This document shows, in pieces, positions 17,886 to 26,183 of a stretch of DNA of 52,293 nt. The DNA is from Gaiellaceae bacterium (GTDB taxonomy: Bacteria; Actinomycetota; Thermoleophilia; Gaiellales; Gaiellaceae): contig DATFTK010000214.1 of assembly GCA_035262005.1 (NCBI GenBank), forward strand, positions 1-52,293. The letters run 5' to 3'. The translations under genes were made by a program, and so were the position numbers. Within the stretch, counting starts at the first letter, position 1, and each line of letters begins with the position of its first letter. Under the pieces are notes generated by a model. The model was not told the DNA's origin. It searched no databases and saw only the letters and a list, made by a program, of their open reading frames with translations.

Positions 17886-18473
17886 CTAGGCGCTCTCGAT
17901 CACCACGAAGGTGGGGAGGGCGTCGACCGGCGAGGCGGGTGCCGGCTGCCCGGTCCGGAGCGCTCGCACCTTCCGCAGGGCGTCGAGCCCCACTGCCGCC
18001 GCCGCGGCCAGAGACCGGAGCCGGCGCTCGTCGTCCTCGTCGAACTCACGACCGTCGGTCTTGTCCGACGCCTGCAGGAGCCCGTAGTTGAGCCCGTCCT
18101 CGCCGACGATCGGCACGGCGAGCAGGCCGCGGAGCGGCGGATGTTTCCCGGCCGACTCTGCGTAGGCGCGCCAATCCGGGTGGGCCTCGACCTCGTTCTG
18201 CGTCAGTCGCAACGCCTCGTTTCGCCCCACCACCAGGGCGTGCAGGCCGATGCCGCGGGCAGGCATCGTGAAGTCTCCCCACTGCTCGTACTTCTCGGAC
18301 AGCGAGAAGTACTTGCGTGCGGTTCCCCAGTCGCCGCCGATCACCATCGCCATCGCGGTCTGATGTGCACCGACGAGCGTGCGGGCGACCTCGCACGTCG
18401 TCTGCAACAGATGGTTGACGCGCGTGTCGAACTCGGCCTGCGGATCGATCTCGGACATCCCGGCTCCTTTCAT
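17886..18473 (-). CDS. stand-alone GAF-domain protein
   Basis: 195 aa with ...FSLSEKYEQWGDF...GIGLHALVV...LTQNEVEAHPDW...HPPLRGLLAVPIVGEDGLNYGLLQASDKTDGREFDEDDERRL. The ATG at 18473 overlaps the MMPL stop (ATGA). Confidence 0.8.
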   Translation of the reverse strand: MKGAGMSEIDPQAEFDTRVNHLLQTTCEVARTLVGAHQTAMAMVIGGDWGTARKYFSLSEKYEQWGDFTMPARGIGLHALVVGRNEALRLTQNEVEAHPDWRAYAESAGKHPPLRGLLAVPIVGEDGLNYGLLQASDKTDGREFDEDDERRLRSLAAAAAVGLDALRKVRALRTGQPAPASPVDALPTFVVIESA

Positions 18474-20611
18474 CGCGCCCTCGCTGGAGAGGCGGCCGGC
18501 GGCGCAGGTTCAACGGGTGTGCGCGGCAACCACTCCAGCCAACGCGGGAGGTACCAGTTCCAGTTCCCGAGTAGCTTCATCGACGCCGGCAGCAGCACCG
18601 CGCGCACGATCGTAGCGTCGATCAAGATCGCGGTCGCGAGGCCGACGCCTGCTTCCTTCACGTCGAGTTGCGAGAGCGTCCCGAAGATCGAGAAGACGCC
18701 GACCATGACGAGTGCGGCGCTCGTGACGACGCCGGCAGTGCGCGTGATGCCGTAGCGCACGGCTTCGTCGTTGCTCATACCGCTGTCCACGCCTTCGCGG
18801 ACCCGGCTGAGGATGAAGACGTGGTAGTCCATCGACAGTCCGAAGAGCACGACGAAGAGGAACAGCGGCAGCCACGAGATGATCGTGCCGTTCGAGTGGA
18901 AGCCGAAGATCCCGTCGGCCCATTTGTGCTGGAAGACGTACACGAGCACGCCGTAGGCCGCGCTGACCGACAGCAGGTTCAGGACGATCGCCTTGATCGG
19001 GACGACGAGCGACCGGAACGTGACCAGCAGCAGCAAGAACGCGAGCACGAGCACGAACCCGATCACATACGGCATGCCGTGCTTGATCTGATGGGTGAAG
19101 TCGACGTCCTCGGCGGTCGCGCCGGTCACAGCCGTCTCGACGCCGGGGATCGGCCCGAGAGTCTGTGGAATCAGCTCGTTTCGGAGGGACTCGACCGCGT
19201 CGCGGCTCGCCGAGTTGTTGCCGTGCCCGGTGAGCGGGAGCGCGACTGAGGTGATGCCGTCGACGCCCTTCGCCCCGGCTGTGAACGGCGGATGCGCGAT
19301 GCCGCGGGCGGCGGCCATCGCCTCGAGCTTCGTGATCGCACGGTCGACCCGCGCCTGCTGCGCCGCCGGCGCCTTGACGACGAGCAGTGCGGGCTCGGAT
19401 GTGCTCGGAAACTCCCTCAACATCCGATCCGTCAACGCCGAGCTGAAGTGCGGCTTCAGCGTGTTGGAGTCGGGCTCCGCCATGTGCAGATGGAGCGCCG
19501 GCAGCGCGAGGGCGACGAGCACGGCCGTCGCCGCGACGAGCGAGAGCAACGGCCGGCGCAGCACGCGGTCGATCACAGCCGGCCAGAAACGTGACTTCTC
19601 GCCGTCGGTGTGGAGGTGCGGCAGGAAGGGGATGCGGCCGCGGTCAATGCGCGGGCCGAGCAGCTCGAGCACCGCCGGCAGCACGGTGACCGAGCCGGCG
19701 ACGGCGCACGCGACGACGGCGATGGTGCCGGCGGCGATGCCGTTGAAGATCGCCGACCCGACCACGAACTGTCCGGCCATCGCGATCGCGACCGTGGCGC
19801 CGGCAATCACGACCGTTCGGCCGGACGTGCGCGCCGTCCGCTCGAGCGCTTCGTGTGACCGGAGGCCATGAGCCCGCTCTTCGCGCGAGCGCACGACGTA
19901 GAACAGCGCGTAGTCCACGCCGACCGCCATGCCGATCAGCAGCACGATCGTCTTGACGCTGCTGTCAAGTGCGAACAGGTGGCTGATCGGGCCCAGCAGC
20001 CCGAAGGCGGCGACAACCGCGGTCAGCCCCAGAAGAACGGGGACGAGTGCGGCGACGACCGAGCCGAATGCGAAGAGCAGCACGAAGAGCGTGACCGGCA
20101 ACGCGAGCTTCTCGGCCCGGTGGAGGTCATTGTCCGAGTTGTCGCTCCCGCTGCCCGGACCGCTGCCGCCGATCTGGATGGCGGGGTGCGCCGCGGCGGC
20201 GGCGTTCAGCATCGGTTGCAGCGGACCGAGGCCCGGGGTTGCGCTCACGCGCAGCAGCGCGGAATGGGCGTCGGCGCTCGTTCGAACGGTCACGGACGTG
20301 CCGGCGGCGGCGCTCATCCGGTTCTTGATGTCGGCAATCGCCGACCGAAAAGCCGGGTCGGTCACGCGCAGGGCCGCGCTGTGCAAGTAGCCGTAATCCC
20401 ACTGCGTGGGCCACGTGTTGGGGTTGTTCGTCGAGTCGAGCAGCGCATAGCCGCGCTTGGACTCGCCGACGGAGCTGTTGTCGAGCGTCTTGGAGCCCGT
20501 GACCGCCAGCGCGCCGAGCGCCGCTGCGACGAACGCGAGCCAGAGGGCGATTGCATACCAGGGGTGGGCCGCGCTCCAGCGGCCGACGGCTGCGATCGGG
20601 TGCTTGTTCAT
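18470..20611 (-). CDS. MMPL-family (RND-type) membrane transporter
   Basis: C-terminal 713 codons of track ORF 18470..21487, starting MNKHPIAAVGRWSAAHPWYAIALWLAFVAA. Two 6-TM bundles and two extracytoplasmic loops, typical of MMPL. Confidence 0.9.
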   Translation of the reverse strand: MNKHPIAAVGRWSAAHPWYAIALWLAFVAAALGALAVTGSKTLDNSSVGESKRGYALLDSTNNPNTWPTQWDYGYLHSAALRVTDPAFRSAIADIKNRMSAAAGTSVTVRTSADAHSALLRVSATPGLGPLQPMLNAAAAAHPAIQIGGSGPGSGSDNSDNDLHRAEKLALPVTLFVLLFAFGSVVAALVPVLLGLTAVVAAFGLLGPISHLFALDSSVKTIVLLIGMAVGVDYALFYVVRSREERAHGLRSHEALERTARTSGRTVVIAGATVAIAMAGQFVVGSAIFNGIAAGTIAVVACAVAGSVTVLPAVLELLGPRIDRGRIPFLPHLHTDGEKSRFWPAVIDRVLRRPLLSLVAATAVLVALALPALHLHMAEPDSNTLKPHFSSALTDRMLREFPSTSEPALLVVKAPAAQQARVDRAITKLEAMAAARGIAHPPFTAGAKGVDGITSVALPLTGHGNNSASRDAVESLRNELIPQTLGPIPGVETAVTGATAEDVDFTHQIKHGMPYVIGFVLVLAFLLLLVTFRSLVVPIKAIVLNLLSVSAAYGVLVYVFQHKWADGIFGFHSNGTIISWLPLFLFVVLFGLSMDYHVFILSRVREGVDSGMSNDEAVRYGITRTAGVVTSAALVMVGVFSIFGTLSQLDVKEAGVGLATAILIDATIVRAVLLPASMKLLGNWNWYLPRWLEWLPRTPVEPAPPAASPARAR

Positions 20612-20673
20612 CCGACGAACGTACGTCGCACGCGGCTGCACGACTTCGGGCGGAAGTCGGAACCGTCCTCGTC

Positions 20674-20683
20674 CATTCGAATG
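20674..20683. promoter_or_regulatory. perfect palindrome CATTCGAATG between the response regulator and MMPL genes
   Basis: Read directly from the sequence. A 9/10 copy (CATGCGAATG) lies at 22565..22574 in the kinase/ABC divergent region. Confidence 0.3.
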
Positions 20684-20688
20684 ATCCC

Positions 20689-21363
20689 TTAGCGACCCGA
20701 GCGCGTGGCGGGCTCGACGAGGCCCGCCTCGTACGCCGCAATCACGGCCTGCACGCGGTCGCGCACACCGAGCTTGCGGAAGATGCTCGACAGATGCGTC
20801 TTGATCGTGGGCTCGCTCAGATAGAGCGTCGCGCCGAGTTCGGCGTTCGAGAGCCCGCGGGCGAGCTGCGTCAGGATCTCGAGCTCCCGCTCCGTCAGCG
20901 ACGAGAGTGAAGGAGGCGGGCCGTCGTCCTCGCCGGGGAGCGTCGACGCGAACCTCTCGAGCAGCCGTTTCGTCACGGTCGGTGCCAGCAGAGCCTCGCC
21001 TGCCGCGACAACACGCACGCCCGCGACGAGCTGCTGCGCGGTCACGTCCTTGAGCAGGAAGCCGCTCGCGCCTGCGCGGAGCGCTTCGTAGACGTACTCG
21101 TCGACGTCGAACGTCGTGAGGATCAGGACCCGGCTCTCGACGCCGCTCTGCAGGATGCGCCGAGTCGCTTCGATCCCATTCATGCCCGGCATGCGCACGT
21201 CCATGAGTACGACGTGGGGGAGGAGCCGCTTCGTCAGCTCGACAGCCTCGCGGCCCTCGCCGGCCTCGCCCACCACCTCGATGTCGTCCTCGGAGGTGAG
21301 GATCATGCGGAAGCCGTCGCGGACGAGCGCCTGGTCGTCGCAGAGGAGGACGCGAATCGTCAT
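20689..21363 (-). CDS. NarL/LuxR-family response regulator
   Basis: 224 aa from the ATG at 21363 within track ORF 20689..22521. REC domain (MTIRVLLCDDQALVRDG...VLMDVRMPGMNG) and LuxR HTH (LTERELEILTQLARGLSNAELGATLYLSEPTIKTHL). Confidence 0.9.
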   Translation of the reverse strand: MTIRVLLCDDQALVRDGFRMILTSEDDIEVVGEAGEGREAVELTKRLLPHVVLMDVRMPGMNGIEATRRILQSGVESRVLILTTFDVDEYVYEALRAGASGFLLKDVTAQQLVAGVRVVAAGEALLAPTVTKRLLERFASTLPGEDDGPPPSLSSLTERELEILTQLARGLSNAELGATLYLSEPTIKTHLSSIFRKLGVRDRVQAVIAAYEAGLVEPATRSGR

Positions 21364-22529
21364 GCCTGCACCAGTTCGAGCGGCAGGCGTGCCATGACGC
21401 GAAAGCCGCCGTCGGCGTTCGGCCCGGTTTCGACCTCGCCGCCGAATGTCGCTGCACGCTCGCGCATGCCGATGAGGCCCCGGCCATTCGTCCCGTTGTG
21501 CGCGAACGGCACGGTCCCGTCGTCGACGACCTCGAGTGTCAGGGCGTCGTCGCGATAGCGGATGCTGACGGTCGCGTGCTGCGCGTTGGCGTGTCGCAGC
21601 GTGTTGGTCAGCGCCTCCTGGATGATCCTGTAGGCAGAGAGCTCGAGCGGCGATGGGAGCGGCCGCGGCGAGCCTTCCGTCTCGAGGGCGACGTCGAGCC
21701 CTGCTGCGCGAACCTGGTCGAGCAACGGATCGAGGCAGTCGAGCGTCGGCTGCGGGGCGAGGTCCGCATCGGCCACCACTCCGAGAACGCCGCGCAACTC
21801 GTCGAGCGCCAGGCGCGCCGTATGCCCGATCGCCTTGACGGCGCGCTCGGCGCTCGGCGCGTCGGTGTCGAACACGCGCTCGGCCGCGGTCGCCTGGACG
21901 ATGATCACGCTGAGGTTGTGGGCGACGACGTCGTGAACCTCGCGCCCGATCCGTGCCTGCTCCTCGGCGGCCGCCCGGCGTGCGTTCGCCTCCTGCTCGC
22001 GCTCGAGCTGCTCGGCGCGGTCTTCGACTGCCCGCAGGTACGCGCGCCGCGTGCGCATGTTGTCGCCGAGGATCCATGCGGCAGCGAGCGGTGCGAGTCG
22101 CCCGGCTAGCAGCGCGACGTGACTCCAGCCGCTGCCGTGCTCCCAGGTCTCCAGACCTCCGCTGCGCGCGGCGTGCGCAATCAGAGGGCCGAGCGCCGCG
22201 AGCCCGAGGATTCCGGCGACGAGCGCAGTGCGCCGGATTGCGTGCGCAGCGAGGCTGTAGAAGGCGACCAGGGCGGCGAACGGCCAGTAGCCGTCGTAGA
22301 CGACCGTGAAGAAGCCGGTCGCGAAGACCGTGAGCGCGAAGACCTCCACCGGATAGATCCGCCTGAGCGCGAGCGAGCCCGCGACGGCGACTGCAAAGAG
22401 GACGAGCACCGTCTGCAGCGGCTGCCGCGTCGTTGCACCCGCTGCGGCGGAGCCCGCCGCCACGGCGAGCGCCGTTGCGAGCAGCACGTCGCCGCCGTAC
22501 GACTCGAGGTACGGGCGCCACTTGCTCAC
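21360..22529 (-). CDS. sensor histidine kinase (HisKA_3 / NarX-LiaS type)
   Basis: H-box REVHDVVAHNLSVI and ATPase region GRGLIGMRERAATFGGEV, with an N-terminal polytopic sensor. I chose GTG 22529 (VSKWRPYLESYGG...), so the start is uncertain. The stop overlaps the response regulator start. Confidence 0.8.
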   Translation of the reverse strand: MSKWRPYLESYGGDVLLATALAVAAGSAAAGATTRQPLQTVLVLFAVAVAGSLALRRIYPVEVFALTVFATGFFTVVYDGYWPFAALVAFYSLAAHAIRRTALVAGILGLAALGPLIAHAARSGGLETWEHGSGWSHVALLAGRLAPLAAAWILGDNMRTRRAYLRAVEDRAEQLEREQEANARRAAAEEQARIGREVHDVVAHNLSVIIVQATAAERVFDTDAPSAERAVKAIGHTARLALDELRGVLGVVADADLAPQPTLDCLDPLLDQVRAAGLDVALETEGSPRPLPSPLELSAYRIIQEALTNTLRHANAQHATVSIRYRDDALTLEVVDDGTVPFAHNGTNGRGLIGMRERAATFGGEVETGPNADGGFRVMARLPLELVQA

Positions 22530-22564
22530 CGACTCACCGTACTCCTGCGGACGCTTCGCCACCT

Positions 22565-22574
22565 CATGCGAATG
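22565..22574. promoter_or_regulatory. CATGCGAATG, a near-copy of the 20674 palindrome
   Basis: Lies in the 108-bp divergent region between the kinase (minus) and the membrane-protein/ABC operon (plus). Confidence 0.3.
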
Positions 22575-22637
22575 GATGAGACCGATTGATGCGTTCAGCC
22601 GATTCTCAGCCTCCGGGCGGCGCGTAGCTTCGAACGC

Positions 22638-23090
22638 ATGGACTCCGCACATTCGATCCGACGAACACCGCTCGATGTCGTACCTGCCGCGCTGGTGCTC
22701 GGCGCCGGCGCGCTGACGATCGCGCTCTCGTCGAACGGCGGACGGCACGGCGCGCACCCGTTCTGGCTGGCGGCCGTGCTTGCAGAGAGCGTCGTCGCCG
22801 TCCTCTACCGGCGCCGGCACGCGCTCGTCTCGCTCGCCGCGGTGCTCGGGATCTACCTCCTCTTCGACGCGCTCGCGCTTCTGCTCCTGCCGCTGTTCCT
22901 CGTGCTGATCGCGATCGCAGCCTCGCGGACCGAGCGCGTGACCTTCCTGGCCGGTGTGGCGGCGACCGTCGTCCTCGTCCTCGTGCCGGCTTTGCACGGC
23001 GATCCGCTCGACGCGTTCCACGTCCTGCTCCCGCTCGCGGTGATCGCGCTCGCCGTGACTGCCGGCTCGCTCTGGAGGGGCCATGACTGA
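22638..23090 (+). CDS. polytopic membrane protein resembling a kinase-less histidine-kinase sensor domain
   Basis: 150 aa with 4-5 hydrophobic helices. The arrangement ...AVLAESVVAVLYRRRHALVSLAAVLGIYLLF... parallels the N-terminus of the adjacent kinase (...AVAGSLALRRIYPVEVFALTVFATGFF...). Overlaps the following ABC ATPase gene by 8 nt. Confidence 0.55.
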   Translation: MDSAHSIRRTPLDVVPAALVLGAGALTIALSSNGGRHGAHPFWLAAVLAESVVAVLYRRRHALVSLAAVLGIYLLFDALALLLLPLFLVLIAIAASRTERVTFLAGVAATVVLVLVPALHGDPLDAFHVLLPLAVIALAVTAGSLWRGHD

Positions 23091-24012
23091 CGTCGTGGAG
23101 ACCGCCGGACTGACGAAGCGCTTCGGCGAATCGACAGTCGTGAGCGGCGTCGACCTGCGCGTGCCCCGCGGGACGGCGTTCGGCTACCTCGGCCCCAACG
23201 GCGCCGGGAAGACGACGCTGATCCGCATGCTGCTCGGGCTGATCCGGCCGAGCGGCGGGACGATGAGGCTGCTCGGGCGACCTGTCCCGGCGCAGCGGCG
23301 GGAAGCACTCGCGCGCGTCGGCGCGATCGTCGACGAGCCGCGGTTCCACGGGCACATGACCGGTCGCCAGAACCTGTGGGCGCTCGCCGCTGCGCGCGAG
23401 CCTGAGGCCCATGCCCGCATCGACGGCGCGCTCGAACGCGTCGGCCTGCTCGCACGGGCCGACGACCGTGTGTCGAAGTACTCGCTGGGCATGCGCCAGC
23501 GGCTCGGAATCGCTGCGTGCCTGCTCGCCGACCCGGAGCTCCTGATCCTGGACGAGCCGATGAACGGCCTCGATCCGGCGGGGATGCTCGAGGTCCGCGA
23601 GCTGATCCGGTCGCTCGTCGAGGAAGGCCGCACCGTCGTACTGTCGTCGCATCTGCTCGACGAGGTCGAACGGACCTGCGACGCGATCGCGATCGTCGAC
23701 CGCGGTCGCGTGGTGCTGCAGGGTCGGCTCGACGACCTGCGCGATGGCTCGGCCGCCGTCCTGAGAGTCGACTGCAGTGAGCCGGCCCGCGCGGCCGTGC
23801 TCCTGCGACTGCGCGCCGACGTCGCGCGGGTGCGGGAGGAAGAGGATCAGTTAGTGCTCGAGCTCAGCGCCGGCGATCCCCGCGGCGAGAGCGCCGCGAT
23901 CGCGCACGTCGTGCTCGACGCCGGCTTCGAGCTCTACCGGCTGCAGCTCGATCACGACTCGCTCGAGGAGCGCTTCCTCGAGCTCACGACGCGCCTCGGA
24001 GCGGCGGCATGA
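23083..24012 (+). CDS. ABC transporter ATP-binding protein (ABC-2 subfamily partner)
   Basis: Walker A GPNGAGKTT, signature YSLGMRQRLGIAACLL, Walker B LLILDEPMNGLD. Confidence 0.9.
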   Translation: MTDVVETAGLTKRFGESTVVSGVDLRVPRGTAFGYLGPNGAGKTTLIRMLLGLIRPSGGTMRLLGRPVPAQRREALARVGAIVDEPRFHGHMTGRQNLWALAAAREPEAHARIDGALERVGLLARADDRVSKYSLGMRQRLGIAACLLADPELLILDEPMNGLDPAGMLEVRELIRSLVEEGRTVVLSSHLLDEVERTCDAIAIVDRGRVVLQGRLDDLRDGSAAVLRVDCSEPARAAVLLRLRADVARVREEEDQLVLELSAGDPRGESAAIAHVVLDAGFELYRLQLDHDSLEERFLELTTRLGAAA

Positions 24013-24782
24013 GCATCCGCCTCGTCCGGGCCGAGGTGCTGAAGCTCTCGACGCGCCGCGGGCTGATGGCGGCGTCACTCCTACTGACGGTCGTCGCGAC
24101 GATCGCAATCGAGTTGATTCTGCTGCTGCTGCACGCGACCGATCCGGCGAAGCACGGCATCGTCGGCGGGATCAATCACTTCAACGACGGGCTCTATTCG
24201 CTGACGCAGCTTGCGACCATTGCCGCCGTGCTGGTCGGCGCGACGGCCGGCGCCGGCGACCTCGCCGCCGGCTTCTTCCGCAGCCTCGTCGTCACCGGCC
24301 GGCCGCGGGCGTCGCTGTTCGGCGCGAGGATTCCCGGCGGGCTCCTGGTCGTGCTGCCGTTGACGGCCGCGGCGTACCTCGTGCTCGCGCTCTTCAGCTT
24401 CGTCGTTCCGGGCGGCGCGGCCACGCCGTCCACGACGCTGCTCGTCGAGGCCGGCCTCTGGTTCGAGCTCTACATCGCCGTGATGTTCCTGCTCGCGCTC
24501 GGGCTGGCGTCGCTGCTCGGCTCGCGCGCGACCACGATCGGGATCCTTGCGGGCCTGCAGCTGCTCGTGACGCCGCTCGTGCAGGGGCTGCACAACCCCG
24601 GCGTCGGCGCCGAGAGCGTCCTCGGCCTGGCCTTGTGGCGGCTGGCGCCGACGGAGATCCTCGGCGGCGCGCCCCCGGGTCACCTGGGCGAGTCGCTTGT
24701 CGCCGCGTTCGTGGTCATCGGCGCCTGGATGGCGCTCGCGCTCGGATTGGGCGCATGGCGAACGGTGACCCGCGATGCCTGA
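24009..24782 (+). CDS. ABC-2-type transporter permease
   Basis: 257-aa protein with about 6 TM helices. ATGA overlap with the ATPase stop. Confidence 0.75.
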   Translation: MSIRLVRAEVLKLSTRRGLMAASLLLTVVATIAIELILLLLHATDPAKHGIVGGINHFNDGLYSLTQLATIAAVLVGATAGAGDLAAGFFRSLVVTGRPRASLFGARIPGGLLVVLPLTAAAYLVLALFSFVVPGGAATPSTTLLVEAGLWFELYIAVMFLLALGLASLLGSRATTIGILAGLQLLVTPLVQGLHNPGVGAESVLGLALWRLAPTEILGGAPPGHLGESLVAAFVVIGAWMALALGLGAWRTVTRDA

Positions 24783-24806
24783 CCCCCAACCGAAAGGAGA
24801 AACAGC

Positions 24807-25055
24807 ATGATCGAGGACACGGACCGGGCGCAGATGTTCTACGGTCGCCTGATGGGCTGGCAGTTCCACCGGGCGAACGGCCGGAACGGGCCGATGGTCT
24901 ACTTCGGCACCGCCGACATCGACGCCTCGGTGGGACGCGTGCGCGAGCTCGGCGGGTCGGCGAACGAGCCACAGGAGGTTCCGGGCGCCGGCCGCTACGC
25001 GGAGTGCTCCGATCCGGACGGGAACGCGTTCGGCTTCTACCAGGTGGCTGTTTGA
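24807..25055 (+). CDS. short VOC/glyoxalase-fold protein (82 aa)
   Basis: Strong RBS (aaaggaga) before the ATG. Product MIEDTDRAQMFYGRLMGWQF...GRYAECSDPDGNAFGFYQ resembles glyoxalase-fold proteins but lacks the usual first strand. Confidence 0.55.
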   Translation: MIEDTDRAQMFYGRLMGWQFHRANGRNGPMVYFGTADIDASVGRVRELGGSANEPQEVPGAGRYAECSDPDGNAFGFYQVAV

Positions 25056-25321
25056 AGTACGTCCTGCTCTACGAGAGCGGAGACCTGTCGAAGGCGCCGC
25101 TCCACCAAGCGGCGCATTCGGCACATGGGCAGGAGTTCCACGAGCGCGGGCTGCTCGTCGCCTACGGTCCGTTCGCGAACGCGCAGGAGGAAGGCGCGAT
25201 GGCGGTCTTCACGAGTCGCGAAGCCGCCGAAGACTTCGCGCGTGGTGACCCGTTCGTGCTCAACGGCGTCGTGCAGGGCTCGTGGCAGGTGCGTGAGTGG
25301 CTGGAGGCGTTCCTGCCGTAG
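25052..25321 (+). CDS. YciI-family protein
   Basis: TTG at 25052 overlaps the VOC stop. Product (M)KYVLLYESGDLSKAPLHQAAHSAHGQEFHERGLLVAYGPF...FTSREAAEDFARGDPFVLNGVV is typical of YciI. Confidence 0.7.
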   Translation: MKYVLLYESGDLSKAPLHQAAHSAHGQEFHERGLLVAYGPFANAQEEGAMAVFTSREAAEDFARGDPFVLNGVVQGSWQVREWLEAFLP

Positions 25322-25364
25322 ATCGGTTTGCCTACGACGACGCCGGCTGCGTACGCTCGAAGGC

Positions 25365-26183
25365 ATGAACATTCATCGCTTTCCACAGAAGCACGAGGGC
25401 GCCTTCGTCAACGCGTACCTCGTCGAGACCGCGTCGAGCCTCGTCGCGGTCGACAGTCTGCTGACAGTGTCCGACGCCCGTGCGTTTCGTTCGCAGGTCG
25501 AGCAGCTCGGCAAGCCTCTACGTGCGGTCTTGCTCACCCAGGCACATCCCGACCACTACGGCGGGCTGACGGAGCTCGTCGCCGGACACGACGTGCCCAT
25601 CATCGCGCCGCAAGGAGTCATCGACGCGATCGCGCGCGACGACGAGGTGAAGGAGCAGATTCTTCGGCCGATGTTCGGTGACGAATGGGCGCAGCAGCGG
25701 ACGTTCCCGAACACCGCCATCGCCGACGGCTCGAGCGTGACCTTCGACGACGCGGTCTTCACCGTTCTCGACCTCGGCCCGAGCGAGTCGCCGCACGACA
25801 GCCCGTGGGTCCTCGGCGAGGACGAGCGGGTCGTCTTCCTCGGCGACCAGATCTACGGCCGCAAGCACGCCTACCTCGCGGACGGCTTCTTCCGTGAGTG
25901 GCTCCAGAACATCGAGCGTCTACGGGATCGCTTCCCTGAGGACTCCGTGCTCTACCTCGGCCACGGCGGGCCGGCGACCGCGGAGGACTGGGACTGGCAG
26001 CGCAGCTACATCACGACGTTCGTCGACGCTGTCGAAGCCGCCGATTGGACACGGCCCGAGGTCGCAAAGACTTCGGTCGTCGCGGTGATGACGGACTTCC
26101 TGCCCACGGACGAGCTGCAGTTCCTGATGGAGCTCAGCATCGAGCCCGTCGCAGCGAAGCTCGGCCTCGCGGCTCCTGCCTAG
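25365..26183 (+). CDS. MBL-fold metallo-hydrolase
   Basis: ATG at 25365 within track ORF 25125..26183. Has ...NAYLVETASSLVAVDS...LLTQAHPDHYGG (an HxHxDH-type motif variant). Confidence 0.8.
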   Translation: MNIHRFPQKHEGAFVNAYLVETASSLVAVDSLLTVSDARAFRSQVEQLGKPLRAVLLTQAHPDHYGGLTELVAGHDVPIIAPQGVIDAIARDDEVKEQILRPMFGDEWAQQRTFPNTAIADGSSVTFDDAVFTVLDLGPSESPHDSPWVLGEDERVVFLGDQIYGRKHAYLADGFFREWLQNIERLRDRFPEDSVLYLGHGGPATAEDWDWQRSYITTFVDAVEAADWTRPEVAKTSVVAVMTDFLPTDELQFLMELSIEPVAAKLGLAAPA

